In this document: positions 31,563 through 41,584 of the stretch, piece by piece
How the letters are laid out: the number at the start of each line of letters is the position of its first letter
Position numbering within the stretch: the stretch's first letter is position 1
Origin: an uncultured Acidobacteriaceae bacterium
GTDB taxonomy: Bacteria > Acidobacteriota > Terriglobia > Terriglobales > Acidobacteriaceae
Reading direction: 5' to 3'
DNA length: 64,000 nt
NCBI GenBank assembly: GCA_963826855.1
Contig: CAWGZE010000015.1
Coordinates: 37,174-101,173, forward strand
Notes under the pieces: model-generated
Databases searched by the model: none
Seen by the model: only the letters and a program-made list of their open reading frames with translations
Told to the model about the DNA's origin: nothing
Program-made: the position numbers and the translations under genes

Positions 31563-32098
31563 CTCGGCGAGCGGATCGGGAGCGGCCTGCTCGTAAGCTC
31601 CGGCCTCCACCCATCCCATGACCCCAAAACCGCCAACATAGTAAAGATCGATCGGCCGAAGGCGAAAGAAACTGAAGTCGGAAAAGTCGACCCAATAGCG
31701 GCTATTCTCGTGGCGAGCTAGGTAGACTTCGCGAACGGAACTGATCTCATGCTCCGGGACTGGTTCGGCTTGGCCGATCAAGGCAGCCCTGGCCGCGCCA
31801 AGCGGATCGCCATCTGCTCCCGCTTGTCCGACGAAGAGGCTGCATCGTGGATCGGCCTTGAGGTTCTGAGTATGCATCGCCATATTGCTGATCAGGAAGA
31901 TCGGTTGACCGGCGGAATCTTGCGCGAAAGGCATCAGGGAGCCAAAGGGAAATCCCGACTGTTTTCGGGAGAGCGTAGACAATATCCCAATGAGAGGAGC
32001 GTGCGGACCCGCTCAGCATGGCTCGGTTCGGGCTGCTGGGATTGCGCTGGATCCGTCGAGGCGTGTTGGCGCGGTACTGTAGTTTCGGGCGACGACAT
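31563..32098 (-). pseudogene. HugZ/pyridoxamine-5'-phosphate-oxidase-like protein, frameshifted and 3'-truncated
   Basis: EPSHAERVRTL, GFPFGSL, SNMAMHTQNL, YYVGGFG, PDPL then runs into the intron fragment. Confidence 0.8.
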
Positions 32099-32184
32099 CT
32101 GGCTTCCTCACCCCTCATCGTAGATGCAAGACGATGCGATACACGCAGTCCTTTTGATTTCTATTGGCAATTCTCTTATCCGAT

Positions 32185-32410
32185 TGCATTGCGTCGAGCA
32201 GTGTGTGCGCGCCTCGGCTGGCGAACCTCGCTCACCAGGATGTGGTCGAGGCAAGGGCGCGGCACGGGCTTCAACAGGTTGTCGAAGGTGACCGAACTCC
32301 GAAGGATGCCCGTCTAAGACTCGGACGAGACGACATGCGACTTGCGGATGTGGAGCTGGCGGTGTCTTCGATGAGCAGTACGCGGTCGTCTTCAGGAATT
32401 GCATGGGCTA
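32185..32410 (-). pseudogene. TrbB/CpaF/VirB11-type secretion ATPase fragment
   Basis: Manual translation IPEDDRVLLIEDTA(E)LHIRK...TFDNLLK...DHILVSEVR...LLDA, with frameshifts and a stop. Confidence 0.7.
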
Positions 32411-32548
32411 GGAAATTGAGCTGAGTTGTCTGCCCCCCATCGGTTGGACGAATGTCTCCCAGCAGATCTTATTGAGCTGATCCCCCACCGTCAGCTCATT
32501 CGGCCCACTGGTTATCCCCTTTGTCCTCATGATCCGGCCGTTGACCGC

Positions 32549-32598
32549 CTACCTGGACACGGTAGAGGTCAGCAGTTCGAATCCGCTCGTGCCTACCA
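32549..32598 (+). tRNA. tRNA-Val(GAC) 3' half only (att-site remnant)
   Basis: CTACC-TGGACAC-GGTAG anticodon arm, AGCAG-TTCGAAT-CCGCT T arm (one mismatch), CCA end; 5' half absent. Confidence 0.85.
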
Positions 32599-32661
32599 TA
32601 TTTCAGCAGCTTACGGTTTTGCAGGGCCTCTCAAGCGGGATGCGAGGCACCATCTAGCCTG

Positions 32662-33738
32662 CTAGCGAAGGCTGCGCGCTTTTCGACTGGCTGTTTCACC
32701 CCTCCAACGGGCGCGGTTGATGCTGCCGACAGGAGTACTGTCGGTCGTGGAGTTGCCAGTCACGTCAAAATAGGCTGCGTCTGCCTCGGCCTGTGAGAGT
32801 TGCGACTGGGGCAACAGAGTGAGCCGAGCCATCGTATGGAACGGCGCTTCACTCTCTTTCCATCGCACACTTGCATTCTCGGTCCAAAAGCTCGCGTCGT
32901 AGTGCTTGCCCCAGTAGGTCATGCGTCGCGGATCGAGGAACTGGGCACCGAAGTCGAAGCTGCTCATCTTGTCATCTTCGGTGAGGTGTCGCAGGAGTTC
33001 GTTCTGCAGGGCCTTGGGGTTGCTCTTGTTTAGGGGATGGGCTGGATTTTCCGGCGAGGGCGTTGCCGAATATTGCACGACGTCAGTCGGTCCGTGACGG
33101 AACGGGACGTTGCTCCAATAGCGGAGTTGCTGATACGGCTTGATCTGTTGGCGCGATTGCAACTGGGCCAGGAAAATGGCCCGGAGCGCCCTCAATTTGT
33201 CGCTGGGCGGCAACGACCATAGGCCCACGAGCGGGTTGGACGCGGTCAGCGCCTTCATGACGGCGAGAAATGCGCGTGCGTCGTTGATCGGCAAAGGCGG
33301 AGCATTTTGTAGCGAGAAATCCTGGCGGTCGACGTTCGAAAACGACTGCTGCGTCTGCCCGTTGGTCAGATCGACAGAGAACGACAGTGATCGAACGTCA
33401 GGTTTGAAGTCGGAGTTTATTTTGGGATCAGCGTTGCCGAAGCGGACAACGGCGGGGTATATCCCTGGCTTCGAAAAGATGCCTTTGGCGAGACGCGCTC
33501 CCGACTTAGGGTCGCGTCCCGTCATCACATCGAACACCTCGAACTCAGCTCGAGCGCAAATACCTTTTACGTGGGTTCCGCGGCCGAGAGGTCGATTCTG
33601 TTGTGCGGCGGACTTGGCCTGGAGCAACAGAACTGCCAACGTAATCTGATCGATGCACGCTGCTTCATCTGCAGCGTCACGCTCTGCATCGCTTCCCGTT
33701 ACGCCGAACAACCTCGTCAGAAACAGCATAAGAATCAC
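32662..33738 (-). CDS. catalase-like heme protein
   Basis: RGTHVKG, VVRFGN, PDVRSL, QDFSLQN, GSINRAR. Confidence 0.8.
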   Translation of the reverse strand: MILMLFLTRLFGVTGSDAERDAADEAACIDQITLAVLLLQAKSAAQQNRPLGRGTHVKGICARAEFEVFDVMTGRDPKSGARLAKGIFSKPGIYPAVVRFGNADPKINSDFKPDVRSLSFSVDLTNGQTQQSFSNVDRQDFSLQNAPPLPINDARAFLAVMKALTASNPLVGLWSLPPSDKLRALRAIFLAQLQSRQQIKPYQQLRYWSNVPFRHGPTDVVQYSATPSPENPAHPLNKSNPKALQNELLRHLTEDDKMSSFDFGAQFLDPRRMTYWGKHYDASFWTENASVRWKESEAPFHTMARLTLLPQSQLSQAEADAAYFDVTGNSTTDSTPVGSINRARWRGETASRKARSLR

Positions 33739-33792
33739 CTACGGTAACCAGGCCTGCGCGTCATTCAACTCAAGGAGGGATGCGCGCTCAAG

Positions 33793-35403
33793 TCATGTCA
33801 GATTGGCGATGAAGTTGATGGCCGTGATGCTGGGTAGAAAGCAATACGCGGCGGCTCTGGTCTTCACAAATGTGGAAAGCCCGGTAACCTTGATCGGAGG
33901 CGCGCCATCCGCTTGAGGAATCACGAAGATGCTTTCACTCGGGTCCTGGGTCGCGATCATGGGGTCCTTCGATTTAGGGTTGAGGCGCACTGAGCCGGCG
34001 AATTCGGCTTTGTTCACCCACTCGCCAAGCACGAACTCATATTGGTTTTCGATGTTGGAATTGATGAAATAACCGAGCAGTCCGCGCTCAATGCCGTCGT
34101 AAGGTTGGCTTGGATCGTAAATGGGCCCATATGGCATGCCACGCCGGATCAGGCGGTGGGTGTTGTTGCTGCCGCCGAGTTGGCCCTGGCCAGTGACCGG
34201 CTGTCCCCTCGGATTGATGCGGCGCATGTGCGCGCCAACCGGACATCGCAGCCCTTTCGGGTCGCCTGACCCATCGGCGTTGACATAGTCGAAGTTGTTG
34301 AACTGGTCGGGGGCCAATCCGCCCTCAGGACTGTCGGTTTCAGGCGATAACATCAGAGGGATGCCGTTCCGCCACCGGCCGCACATCTTAGCGGCGAGCA
34401 ACTCGGGATCGATCTTCTCCTTGTTCGACTGGAGGAAATTCTCAAACCCGACTACGTCGCACTCGATCATCTTGAAGACGGCAAAGCTGCCATTGAGTCC
34501 AAGTTGTTTGGGTTCGGGCACGAAGTAGTTCTCAGCTTCGTCGAGCAGCACAAAGAGCCACGGTTCGCAGGGTTGCTGGTGGTCCGACGGATAGTGTTCA
34601 GGGCCGCCGCGAACCGTTGTCATGCTGATTCCGTCCGTGTAACCAAAATGCACTTTTGTGGTGGGAATGGGCTGACCGTCCTTCATCTCCATCAACGCCA
34701 TGCCATCTTGCCTCCAGACTTCCCGGAATGCATCGCCTTCGATGAAGAGCGAAGCGAGGCGGTCACTATAGGCGGTCATGGCCTCGGGGCTGATGGCGTG
34801 AAGCGTGACCAAGAGGTGGTCGCGTCCTTTCCCGAATCGACCGATCCAGTGTTCTGGGGCGCTTGGGCCAGTATCGCCGACCAGTGAAGCGCGTTCCGCC
34901 GCCCCTGCGGTGAAAGCACCAAATGACTTGAACGATAGCGCTGGCACTCGATCTTTGACTTCCAACGCTAGAAGTCCAGGCCAGGTAATGCCCACATTGA
35001 GGCAATAATCGGGCTTGCGGCGCGGTGGGGCCGCTGGATTATCGGTTGGACCCGGCGCAAATCCCACATGCCAATCCTGCGCGGTGGTGATTTGCGGCGA
35101 GTCAGCCTCGTCGCCGTTGATGAACCGGCCAAGAAGTTTGCGTGCCTCGGCCGGATTGCCGACCTCGATCAGGAAATGCCTTACCATCGGCATGCGGTAG
35201 CCGCGCAAGATGAAGCCCTGAATATCTTCGAGGTTTAAGGTACTCTCCGCCACGGCGGCAGAAGGAGCGACCGCTGCGCTCTTGCTACTTTCGTGCCCAA
35301 AGAGCTTGCCAAGGAACCCGCTTCCGGCCTTCGCTTCCGGCGCAATTGTCTTGCCGTCGTGAACCACGTTGTCTTTCTCCTGCAACCGCTGAGGTTGTGG
35401 CAA
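33793..35403 (-). CDS. DyP-type peroxidase
   Basis: DIQG, FGYTDGIS, CPVGAHMRRINPR, LIRRGMPYG. Confidence 0.9.
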   Translation of the reverse strand: MPQPQRLQEKDNVVHDGKTIAPEAKAGSGFLGKLFGHESSKSAAVAPSAAVAESTLNLEDIQGFILRGYRMPMVRHFLIEVGNPAEARKLLGRFINGDEADSPQITTAQDWHVGFAPGPTDNPAAPPRRKPDYCLNVGITWPGLLALEVKDRVPALSFKSFGAFTAGAAERASLVGDTGPSAPEHWIGRFGKGRDHLLVTLHAISPEAMTAYSDRLASLFIEGDAFREVWRQDGMALMEMKDGQPIPTTKVHFGYTDGISMTTVRGGPEHYPSDHQQPCEPWLFVLLDEAENYFVPEPKQLGLNGSFAVFKMIECDVVGFENFLQSNKEKIDPELLAAKMCGRWRNGIPLMLSPETDSPEGGLAPDQFNNFDYVNADGSGDPKGLRCPVGAHMRRINPRGQPVTGQGQLGGSNNTHRLIRRGMPYGPIYDPSQPYDGIERGLLGYFINSNIENQYEFVLGEWVNKAEFAGSVRLNPKSKDPMIATQDPSESIFVIPQADGAPPIKVTGLSTFVKTRAAAYCFLPSITAINFIANLT

Positions 35404-35407
35404 CGCC

Positions 35408-36256
35408 CTATGACGTTGCTGCGGCGGCCTTGCTATCGGCGATCAACGCATGAATATCCTGAACGCTCAGGCCGGGATATGCCTGGTAAAAGCCGATTGG
35501 CGGCCGGTTCGCTCCTTTCGCGAAGTCGATAAATTCTTGCAGGTGCTTCCTGCAAGGCGATGGCGGGGCGCCCTTAGTGAACTTGAATAATAGGTCGAAG
35601 ACCTCCCCAATATTCTTGGTGAAATCAGCGATGTAAGTATCGAAATCGCCGTCGTAGACCGTAAAGAATCCGACCTGACGGTCTTCGAGCGGCACGAACT
35701 GCGCGAAGTGTGGAGTACCCACACTGTCCAGATCGTTGGTGATTCCACCGGCCCGCAAGCGCAGGAGCATCTGTATCTCCTGATAGGCCAGCCACGACTT
35801 GCCGGGGATGATTACGAGGAACGGATGCAGTTCGCCGGCGCCGGCGATATCTGCGGCGGCAGCCATTGCCTTGATCTCTTTCACCGTCACATCGGGATAG
35901 GCGGTGTAGAGATTCAATGGATGGAGGAGATGTTCCGCGGTCCATTCGACGAACTCGTCCACATGCTCCGCCACCGGTGTGGGTGGCGGAGTTTCAACAT
36001 GTTTGAAGATCGCGTCGAAGACCGCTCCCGCATTGTTTGCGAAATCGGTCATGAGTTGGGTGAATTCGCCATCGAAGTCACCCAGGAACAGTAGCGTCTT
36101 CTCACTCAGCAGAGTAAAGCGCGAGTAGTGGATCGTCCCGATGCTATCGTTCGCCTGAAACATTCCCGGCATTAGGGGCGAGAGTTGTTCTTCAAGCGCC
36201 TTGGCGTCGGCCGGCGATTTCAGCGGGAAACCGATCGTAAAGTGACTCTGACTCAT
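35408..36256 (-). CDS. hypothetical protein with two tandem homologous domains
   Basis: GTIHYSRF...DFDGEF...FDAIFKH..PPPTP versus GTPHFAQF...YDGDF...FDLLFKF..APPSP. Confidence 0.8.
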   Translation of the reverse strand: MSQSHFTIGFPLKSPADAKALEEQLSPLMPGMFQANDSIGTIHYSRFTLLSEKTLLFLGDFDGEFTQLMTDFANNAGAVFDAIFKHVETPPPTPVAEHVDEFVEWTAEHLLHPLNLYTAYPDVTVKEIKAMAAAADIAGAGELHPFLVIIPGKSWLAYQEIQMLLRLRAGGITNDLDSVGTPHFAQFVPLEDRQVGFFTVYDGDFDTYIADFTKNIGEVFDLLFKFTKGAPPSPCRKHLQEFIDFAKGANRPPIGFYQAYPGLSVQDIHALIADSKAAAATS

Positions 36257-36284
36257 GACGCGATCTCCATCGTTGGCTTGCAGC

Positions 36285-36812
36285 TTAGTTCTTGGGCCAG
36301 GGTTTTTGCGAGAACATTTTGGTGACTGCTTTTTCCACCGACTGCTGGTTCTTGTTGCCGTTATTGCTCAATGTGCCTTGGCCGATTCCGCGCCATACCA
36401 GCGCCTTCTGCGATGCGCTGTAGAGGCTGACTACCAATGTCCCCTCGACATTTTGCTCGGGAGTAATTCCGCCCATGCCTCCGCCGATGCCGCGCATACC
36501 CCAGGCGCTATAGGAGGTCTGCTGCTTCAGGCCGCCGCTCACCGTTACGATCAAGTCCGGGTTGGCGCTCATCTCGACCTTGCTTAGGCCCTTTCCCTGG
36601 AGAGCATTGTTGACGTCGCTCATCGCCGACTGAGCGAGGATGGAGTTGGCGATCTGATTTGGATCGGTAATGTCCACGGCATAAGTGTGAAACTGGGTAA
36701 AATTTTGTCCCTGGTCATAGTTCACTGAAACCTGCTGTCCAACGGCAATCACGGACGCGCCAGATGCAAACGCGGCCACCAGCAATGCGCACAACGCGAA
36801 TTTCATTTTCAT
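36285..36812 (-). CDS. DUF4136-like exported protein
   Basis: Signal peptide; NFTQFHTYA; EGTLVVSL...LVWRG. Confidence 0.8.
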   Translation of the reverse strand: MKMKFALCALLVAAFASGASVIAVGQQVSVNYDQGQNFTQFHTYAVDITDPNQIANSILAQSAMSDVNNALQGKGLSKVEMSANPDLIVTVSGGLKQQTSYSAWGMRGIGGGMGGITPEQNVEGTLVVSLYSASQKALVWRGIGQGTLSNNGNKNQQSVEKAVTKMFSQKPWPKN

Positions 36813-36892
36813 GATCGTTACCTTTCGTCGAGGAGAGCCGCCAGCGTCGCGCCGGCAGCCACCGAGTTTTGGTTTAACAACACTTCATTTGC

Positions 36893-39601
36893 TTAGTCTG
36901 TGGTCCTGGCGAGTAAGTATGCAGCTTTCCGCTGTTCCTCCTCGGTCATTTGCGATGGTCCGAGCTTGTAATTCAGCTTGTCGATCGTTCCGGTGAAGTT
37001 GAACGGGACATCATAGGAGAAGTCGACGGGCGTCCGCGTATCGAGTCCGATGTCGAAGGTCTCGTCGATAGACATGAGTAGTGGAATGGTATGTTCAATG
37101 GTTTTGCGGTCCACCTCTTTACCATCCACCGAGAGAACTCCGGTGCCGCCTTTGGCCGGTCCCGGGCCATCGTATTTGAAGTCGAAGACGATAGTGTGTT
37201 TCCCGGGACTCAAAGCAGGACCGCGCCACCGGAAGCGCTCCAGATCAAGAAAGTTGTACACGAAGACGGGCCTGCCTCTGCCGATTCCGAAGGTATCGGT
37301 TGCAAACACCGCGGCCAGTCCGATCGCAGCGATGAACAACAATGCGAAACCGAAGCGAGATCTCCGCGTTCCGTTCCTGCCCCACCAGACGAAGAGCAAT
37401 CCGACTATCAGCAACCCGACACCAATTCTCTTAAGGAGCGTGCTCTTGAGCCACCAGTTGAAGCTATGCGTCAGGAGGAGCCCATATCCGCCGAAGCGGC
37501 CGCCCATGGTCGCGATCATTCCTTCCGCACCGCCGTCGGGGATCGTCACGTCCGCAGTAATGGTGTAGTCCTTATCCAGAAGGCTGGGGGCATTGCCAAC
37601 GGGAATGCCGGGGTTCACGCCGGTGTAGGTGAACTCCGTTCGTCCAGCGATAGCGCTCGGTTTGGGCGCGAGGAGGCGAACGAAGCCGGAGTTATCAAGA
37701 GGGAGGACCTGATACTTCGCGGCCTCGGTCAGGAACAGGGCCTGCAATTCCTTGAGCTTGTCGGGATTGCTGGCCGCGAGGTCGTTGTTCTCGCTGAAGT
37801 CCTGAGCGATGTTATATAGCTCCCACTTGTATTGATCGAGAGGCGGCATTGCGCCCGTTCCCAGCTCCCAGGGCGGAGAAGGAGGCGTGGTGGCGGCGAT
37901 CCATCCGTCATGATAGATGGCGCGATTCCCGACCATTTCGAAATACTGGGTGTCGCGTTTCGAGGGAGCGCTGGCGTTGGCCGCGTCAAATGTATAGGCC
38001 ATACTTACGCCCTCGATCGGCCTCTGTTTGATCCCGCTGACCGTATCGGGCGCCTGAACTCCGGCGGCTTCGAGGATAGTTGGCACGATGTCGATAATGT
38101 GATGGAACTGGGTGCGAACCCCGCCCACATCTTTGATATGTCCGGGCCATGAGATGGCCATTCCTTGCCGCGTCCCGCCGAAGTGGGAGGCAACCTGCTT
38201 GGTCCACTTGAACGGCGTATCAAAAGCCCAGGCCCACGCCACTGCCATATGAGGATAGGTTTTGTCCGAGCCCCACTCTTGATAGTGCAACAGATTCATT
38301 GCCTTGACGGCCTTCACCTGAGGTTCATTGAGAATGCCGTTGTAAGCGGTCAGTTGGTTGAAAGTTCCGTAGAGGCTGCCTTCCGGGCTAGTGCCATTGT
38401 CACCGTCGATGTAGATGATCAGCGTGTTATCGAGCTTGCCCTGGTCCTGGACCTCTTGAATTACCCGGCCGATCTCGTGGTCGGTATAGGCGGTGTAAGC
38501 GGCATAGACCTCCGCTTCGTGTGCGTACATCTTCTTTTCGACTGCACTCAGCGAGTCCCATTTGGGCAGGTCGTCAGGCCACGGAGTCAGTTGAGCATCG
38601 GCAGGAACAACGCCGAGCTTCTTCTGATTTTCGAAGATCTGATCGCGCATCTTTTCCCAGCCCATATCGAATTTGCCTTTGAACTTGTCGATCCACTCCT
38701 GGGTCGGCTGGTGCGGCGAGTGGCTGCCGCCAGGAACGTAATAGAGGAAGAAAGGCTTGTCCGGAGCCGCGGCGTTGAGCTCTCTCATGTAGCGGATGGC
38801 GTCGTCCGCCAGGTCGGTGGTGAGGTTGTAGCCGGGATGGCCGACCCAGGGGGTGACCTGGGTATGGTCGCGAAAAAGGTACGGTTGCCATTGGTCGGTC
38901 TCACCGCCCAGGAACCCGTAAAAATACTGAAAGCCCATCCCCGAAGGCCATTGCTCGAATGGTCCGGCGGCGCTGCTGTATTGGAACCCAGGGGTGTTAT
39001 GGTCCTTGCCGAACCACGATGTGGCGTAGCCGTTCTCCTTCAGTATTTCGGCGACGGTGGCATTCTCCGGACCGATGATGGAGTCATAACCGGGGTAGCC
39101 GGTGGCCAGCTCTCCGATAACGCCGAAGCCGACCGAGTGGTGGTTGCGGCCGGTGATCAGCGCGGCCCTCGTCGGTGAACACAGCGCGGTCGAGTGGAAC
39201 TGGATGTAGCGCAGACCGTTCTTCGCGACGCGGTCCAGCGATGGTGTCGGGATGACGCCGCCAAAGGTGCCGGAGACGCCGTAGCCCTGATCGTCGGTCA
39301 TGATGAGCAGCACGTTGGGCGCGCCCTTGGGGGGCACGACACGCGGCGGCCACCACGACTTCGATTCCGCCGCGCTTTCCTTGATGACGCCGCCGAACTT
39401 TGGCGGAGGCGCCGGCAGTTGCTTGCCATCGATGGTAGTGGTAGCGCTCGGCGAACCCAACTCGCCTGTGACCTGCTGCGCACTGGACCTCGCCGGTGCA
39501 AACAATAAGGGGAGAATTACGGCGAGCATGAAGCTCAAGCCCTGAAATGACCGGTTTTTCTTGTCCGGCGTTGGAGCTCCGAAGACCCGTTCCCAAAGCA
39601 T
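36893..39601 (-). CDS. arylsulfatase (formylglycine type)
   Basis: MTDDQGY, CSPTRAALITGR, FGKDH, GDNG; AAGGAG RBS. Confidence 0.93.
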   Translation of the reverse strand: MLWERVFGAPTPDKKNRSFQGLSFMLAVILPLLFAPARSSAQQVTGELGSPSATTTIDGKQLPAPPPKFGGVIKESAAESKSWWPPRVVPPKGAPNVLLIMTDDQGYGVSGTFGGVIPTPSLDRVAKNGLRYIQFHSTALCSPTRAALITGRNHHSVGFGVIGELATGYPGYDSIIGPENATVAEILKENGYATSWFGKDHNTPGFQYSSAAGPFEQWPSGMGFQYFYGFLGGETDQWQPYLFRDHTQVTPWVGHPGYNLTTDLADDAIRYMRELNAAAPDKPFFLYYVPGGSHSPHQPTQEWIDKFKGKFDMGWEKMRDQIFENQKKLGVVPADAQLTPWPDDLPKWDSLSAVEKKMYAHEAEVYAAYTAYTDHEIGRVIQEVQDQGKLDNTLIIYIDGDNGTSPEGSLYGTFNQLTAYNGILNEPQVKAVKAMNLLHYQEWGSDKTYPHMAVAWAWAFDTPFKWTKQVASHFGGTRQGMAISWPGHIKDVGGVRTQFHHIIDIVPTILEAAGVQAPDTVSGIKQRPIEGVSMAYTFDAANASAPSKRDTQYFEMVGNRAIYHDGWIAATTPPSPPWELGTGAMPPLDQYKWELYNIAQDFSENNDLAASNPDKLKELQALFLTEAAKYQVLPLDNSGFVRLLAPKPSAIAGRTEFTYTGVNPGIPVGNAPSLLDKDYTITADVTIPDGGAEGMIATMGGRFGGYGLLLTHSFNWWLKSTLLKRIGVGLLIVGLLFVWWGRNGTRRSRFGFALLFIAAIGLAAVFATDTFGIGRGRPVFVYNFLDLERFRWRGPALSPGKHTIVFDFKYDGPGPAKGGTGVLSVDGKEVDRKTIEHTIPLLMSIDETFDIGLDTRTPVDFSYDVPFNFTGTIDKLNYKLGPSQMTEEEQRKAAYLLARTTD

Positions 39602-40012
39602 CTGATTCTCCTTGCTAAAGTGCGGTGCTCTTTTGGGATCCCGGAGCTGCTCCGCCGCGCAACTTTGGCGTTATCGCGATCCACGTGCTTGATGCTTATC
39701 GCAGAAACTACAGAATTTATCGGCACTTTACGCCGCGACCGCATTCATTGCCATTGGCAGAAATACCAATTCACACCGGAGTTTCTTAGGCGATCCTAGC
39801 CATCACTGCCAGGCGCGACGGCGGCTTTGGAAAATCCCACACGACGATACCAGTGAGCGGGCAGGGTCGTTACTTTGCGAAGGATCGCGGGCTATTCGAC
39901 GCGTGAGGTCCGGCGGTGGCCTCTGTTTCCCAGCTAAATTGAGGCTAATGCGCGCCTCAATGCTTTGAGGCGAAGAAGCAGCACATCGTGGTTGACTTCA
40001 CTCGACTCGACT

Positions 40013-41584
40013 TCATTGCCGCAGCATATCCACGTTGTTGAGAATCCGCCGCACCTTTTTCGGGGAAATAGAGAGTCGTTCGGCGACGCGGGCGATCTTG
40101 CGGCCTTCGCGGGCCCAGACTTTGGGGATGACGAGTTCCGCGAATTCTTCGGTGACCTGCTGAAACGTCTTTTCGCCGACGATACCTTCGGACCAGGCTC
40201 GGAGCATCTCGTCGATGCCCGTCGCGCGAAGAATGCGTGTTTTCAAAGAGCTTAGCTGCTTGGAGAGGTGATCTACATCGTCCTTGCCGATCATTTCGCC
40301 AGCCAAAGCCACGAAGTGCTTGGCGGCCTCCCAATCCTCGAAGAATTCATTCGCGGCAATTGAGCCGCGGGCGATGTAGGCGCCGGCTAGCAGGCGACTG
40401 TTTTGGGTGAGCTTGGCAAGCGCGATTGCGTCTTCGGCATAGTCGCGGGCGAGGTGGGCATGCGAGGCGGTGTCGGAGGTCTCGCCGACCTGCTCTTCAG
40501 CGCGTTCATTTTGAATTGCAGCCTGCAGCATGCGTGCCCGCGCCATCAGGATGTGATCTTGTTTTTCTTCGCCGAGCGAGTAGGCCTTCCGGGCTTCATC
40601 TTCGGCGCGGTCGATATCCCCGCTGTCGAGATGCAAATGGCCAGCGTTGACCAGGACAGAGCCGGTTCCCGCTTGATGGTGGTGTCTCGAGTAGATATCA
40701 CCCGCACGGCGCAGAAGTTCGAGTGCCTCCTGGCAAATCTCCAAAAAACGCAGGTGGTCGGCGCCCTTCGCGCGGCCAGAAGAGCGATTGCGAAGATCGA
40801 GCGCGATGAGCCGCTTCACGTACGCGGCGTTGACCAGAGCGCGAGCGCGGTTAGGGTGATCGGCGTAGTTCTCGCCATAAATTTCGATTGCGCGTTCAAA
40901 GTGTGCGAGGGCGCGGGTGTACTCAGCCGATCTGCGAACGAACCGGCCGCGCGCCGACTCGATATTCCCCAGTGAAAGCGCGTGTCCGGTCGATTTGAGT
41001 TCGGCTTCGGCCTCATCGAGGAGGCGGAGGGCCTCGCGGCGCTGCCCGCGCTGAAAGAGCAGCCAGCTCTCGTGAATATTTGTAACCGCGACAAGCCGGG
41101 GCGCACCCATCTGCTGAGCGATCGCTTTAGCCGCCTGGATGTGATGCAAAGCGAGCTCATACTCGCCCTGACGACGATGCGCGCGGCACTTCCAGTAATG
41201 GGCGATGACAAGGAAATGCGGCTCCATGACACCCGGCTCGACCTGCAGGATGAAACCGAAGATCGAGGCGGAACGCGCGGTGTCCTCGGCAACGAAGGCG
41301 CGGAGCGCCTCGACCATCCGCAGGCGAACGTAGTCGCCGAATGGCATTTCTCCGCGGGGGATTGCGGCAAAGCGCTCAGCCAACTCATCGAGGAAGGCGA
41401 AGTCGCGATATCCCAGGTCGACCCATTGAGCGATGCAGAGCAGGAATCCGACTGCCTGGGGGCTCGATGAATTCAGCCTGGCAATGTCCTTGTCAGCGCG
41501 GCGCAGCAAGGCAAAGGCGTTTGTCACGCTGCGATCGACGAGCGCCTGATTGAGCTTGTTGAGTAACTCCTGAGTTAAAGGCAT
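40013..41584 (-). CDS. TPR protein with C-terminal Fis-like HTH
   Basis: Helical TPR-like repeats; KIARVAERLSISPKKVRRIL. Confidence 0.75.
   Translation of the reverse strand: MPLTQELLNKLNQALVDRSVTNAFALLRRADKDIARLNSSSPQAVGFLLCIAQWVDLGYRDFAFLDELAERFAAIPRGEMPFGDYVRLRMVEALRAFVAEDTARSASIFGFILQVEPGVMEPHFLVIAHYWKCRAHRRQGEYELALHHIQAAKAIAQQMGAPRLVAVTNIHESWLLFQRGQRREALRLLDEAEAELKSTGHALSLGNIESARGRFVRRSAEYTRALAHFERAIEIYGENYADHPNRARALVNAAYVKRLIALDLRNRSSGRAKGADHLRFLEICQEALELLRRAGDIYSRHHHQAGTGSVLVNAGHLHLDSGDIDRAEDEARKAYSLGEEKQDHILMARARMLQAAIQNERAEEQVGETSDTASHAHLARDYAEDAIALAKLTQNSRLLAGAYIARGSIAANEFFEDWEAAKHFVALAGEMIGKDDVDHLSKQLSSLKTRILRATGIDEMLRAWSEGIVGEKTFQQVTEEFAELVIPKVWAREGRKIARVAERLSISPKKVRRILNNVDMLRQ

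Noticed and set aside
38165-39178. 337-aa plus-strand ORF and similar long overlapping ORFs throughout
   Set aside because: Antisense or alternate-frame shadows of well-supported genes in GC-rich DNA
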